DNA from: Mytilus californianus
Taxonomy: Eukaryota
NCBI RefSeq assembly: GCF_021869535.1
Contig: NW_026262701.1
Coordinates: forward strand, 8,432,001-8,496,000
DNA: 64,000 nucleotides
Direction: 5' to 3'
Shown: positions 63,401-64,000 of the stretch, piece by piece
How the letters are laid out: each line of letters opens with the position of its first letter
How positions within the stretch are numbered: position 1 is the stretch's first letter
Position numbers and translations under genes: made by a program
The notes under the pieces: generated by a model
Told to the model about the DNA's origin: nothing
The model's input: the letters and a program-made list of their open reading frames with translations, nothing else
Databases searched by the model: none

Positions 63401-64000
63401 CGTTCTTATTTTTTTCATTTTGATTTCGATTTTTGATTCCTCATTTAACGGAAGTTCGTATAATCTACACCGTTACATCCCGTCCCTCGTAAAAAACCCG
63501 ATTGCATGCAACATGGGATTTAACACCTTTATATAATTTGGAATTTGTGCTGAATCCATGAATTGTCTAGAGACTTAAAGTTTTGGATTTTTTTCCGATT
63601 TGAAGAAATAAATTGTGACACTGAAAGCGGCAATTTATTTTCGTTCCTTATCATAGTTCAGTATAGTGTTTTTACTGTAAGCAGTTTAATCCACTCTAAC
63701 TTAAGAAGGCAGTGTAAAAAAAAACTCCTCTTATTCTTTTCAAATTTCACGCCGAATATATTATGTACCTTGACAGCAGGAATGCGTGTTTTCTGGGGAA
63801 AGAAAGGACACTTTACATCTTTTATCCATTTCTGTACATAAAAAGTAATGAGTGCAGGTGTTTTAAAATTGATATTCTGTTGTTTTAACAAATTATGTTT
63901 AATCAAATTCCAGAATTTGAAATTGAAAGACTGCATAATATTTCTTATGTTGTACTGTTACACCACTGTCCCAGGTTAAGGGAGGGTTGGCGCCTTCAAA

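Noticed and set aside
62985-63536. 183-aa Cys/Val/Phe-rich ORF and overlapping ORFs
   Set aside because: They are a by-product of the 24-bp minisatellite inside an intron of gene D.

Overview
AT-rich eukaryotic genomic DNA; the repeat content looks like a bivalve, probably Mytilus (inferred from recalled repeat families, not searched). Six intron-containing genes can be assembled by hand from splice signals and reading-frame continuity. (A1, A2) A tandem pair of secreted two-Ig-domain (V + C2-like) proteins at 12838-16621 and 22026-24570. (B1, B2) A tandem pair of secreted Kazal-mucin-Kazal proteins at 29184-34170 and 35417-42540. (C) A minus-strand class C GPCR of the GABA-B/GPR156 type that appears to lack a Venus flytrap ectodomain, at 48677-53306. 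(D) A divergently oriented signal peptide-Ig-Ig-discoidin(F5/8C)-Ig-Ig gene that starts at 56286 and probably continues past the last exon found (62955). Intergenic and intronic DNA is packed with mobile-element debris: Penelope-like RT fragments, a 5'-truncated LINE, Helentron-type non-autonomous elements, SINE-like repeats, MITEs and a broken hammerhead retrozyme. Two mobile-DNA signals stand out: a 2.65-kb CAC-ended TIR element with a 5-bp TSD (Transib/RAG-like signature), and several TSD-less families with a long terminal palindrome whose tips share a G.A-mismatch/GNA-triloop ssDNA hairpin motif. No rRNA, tRNA or CRISPR array was found.
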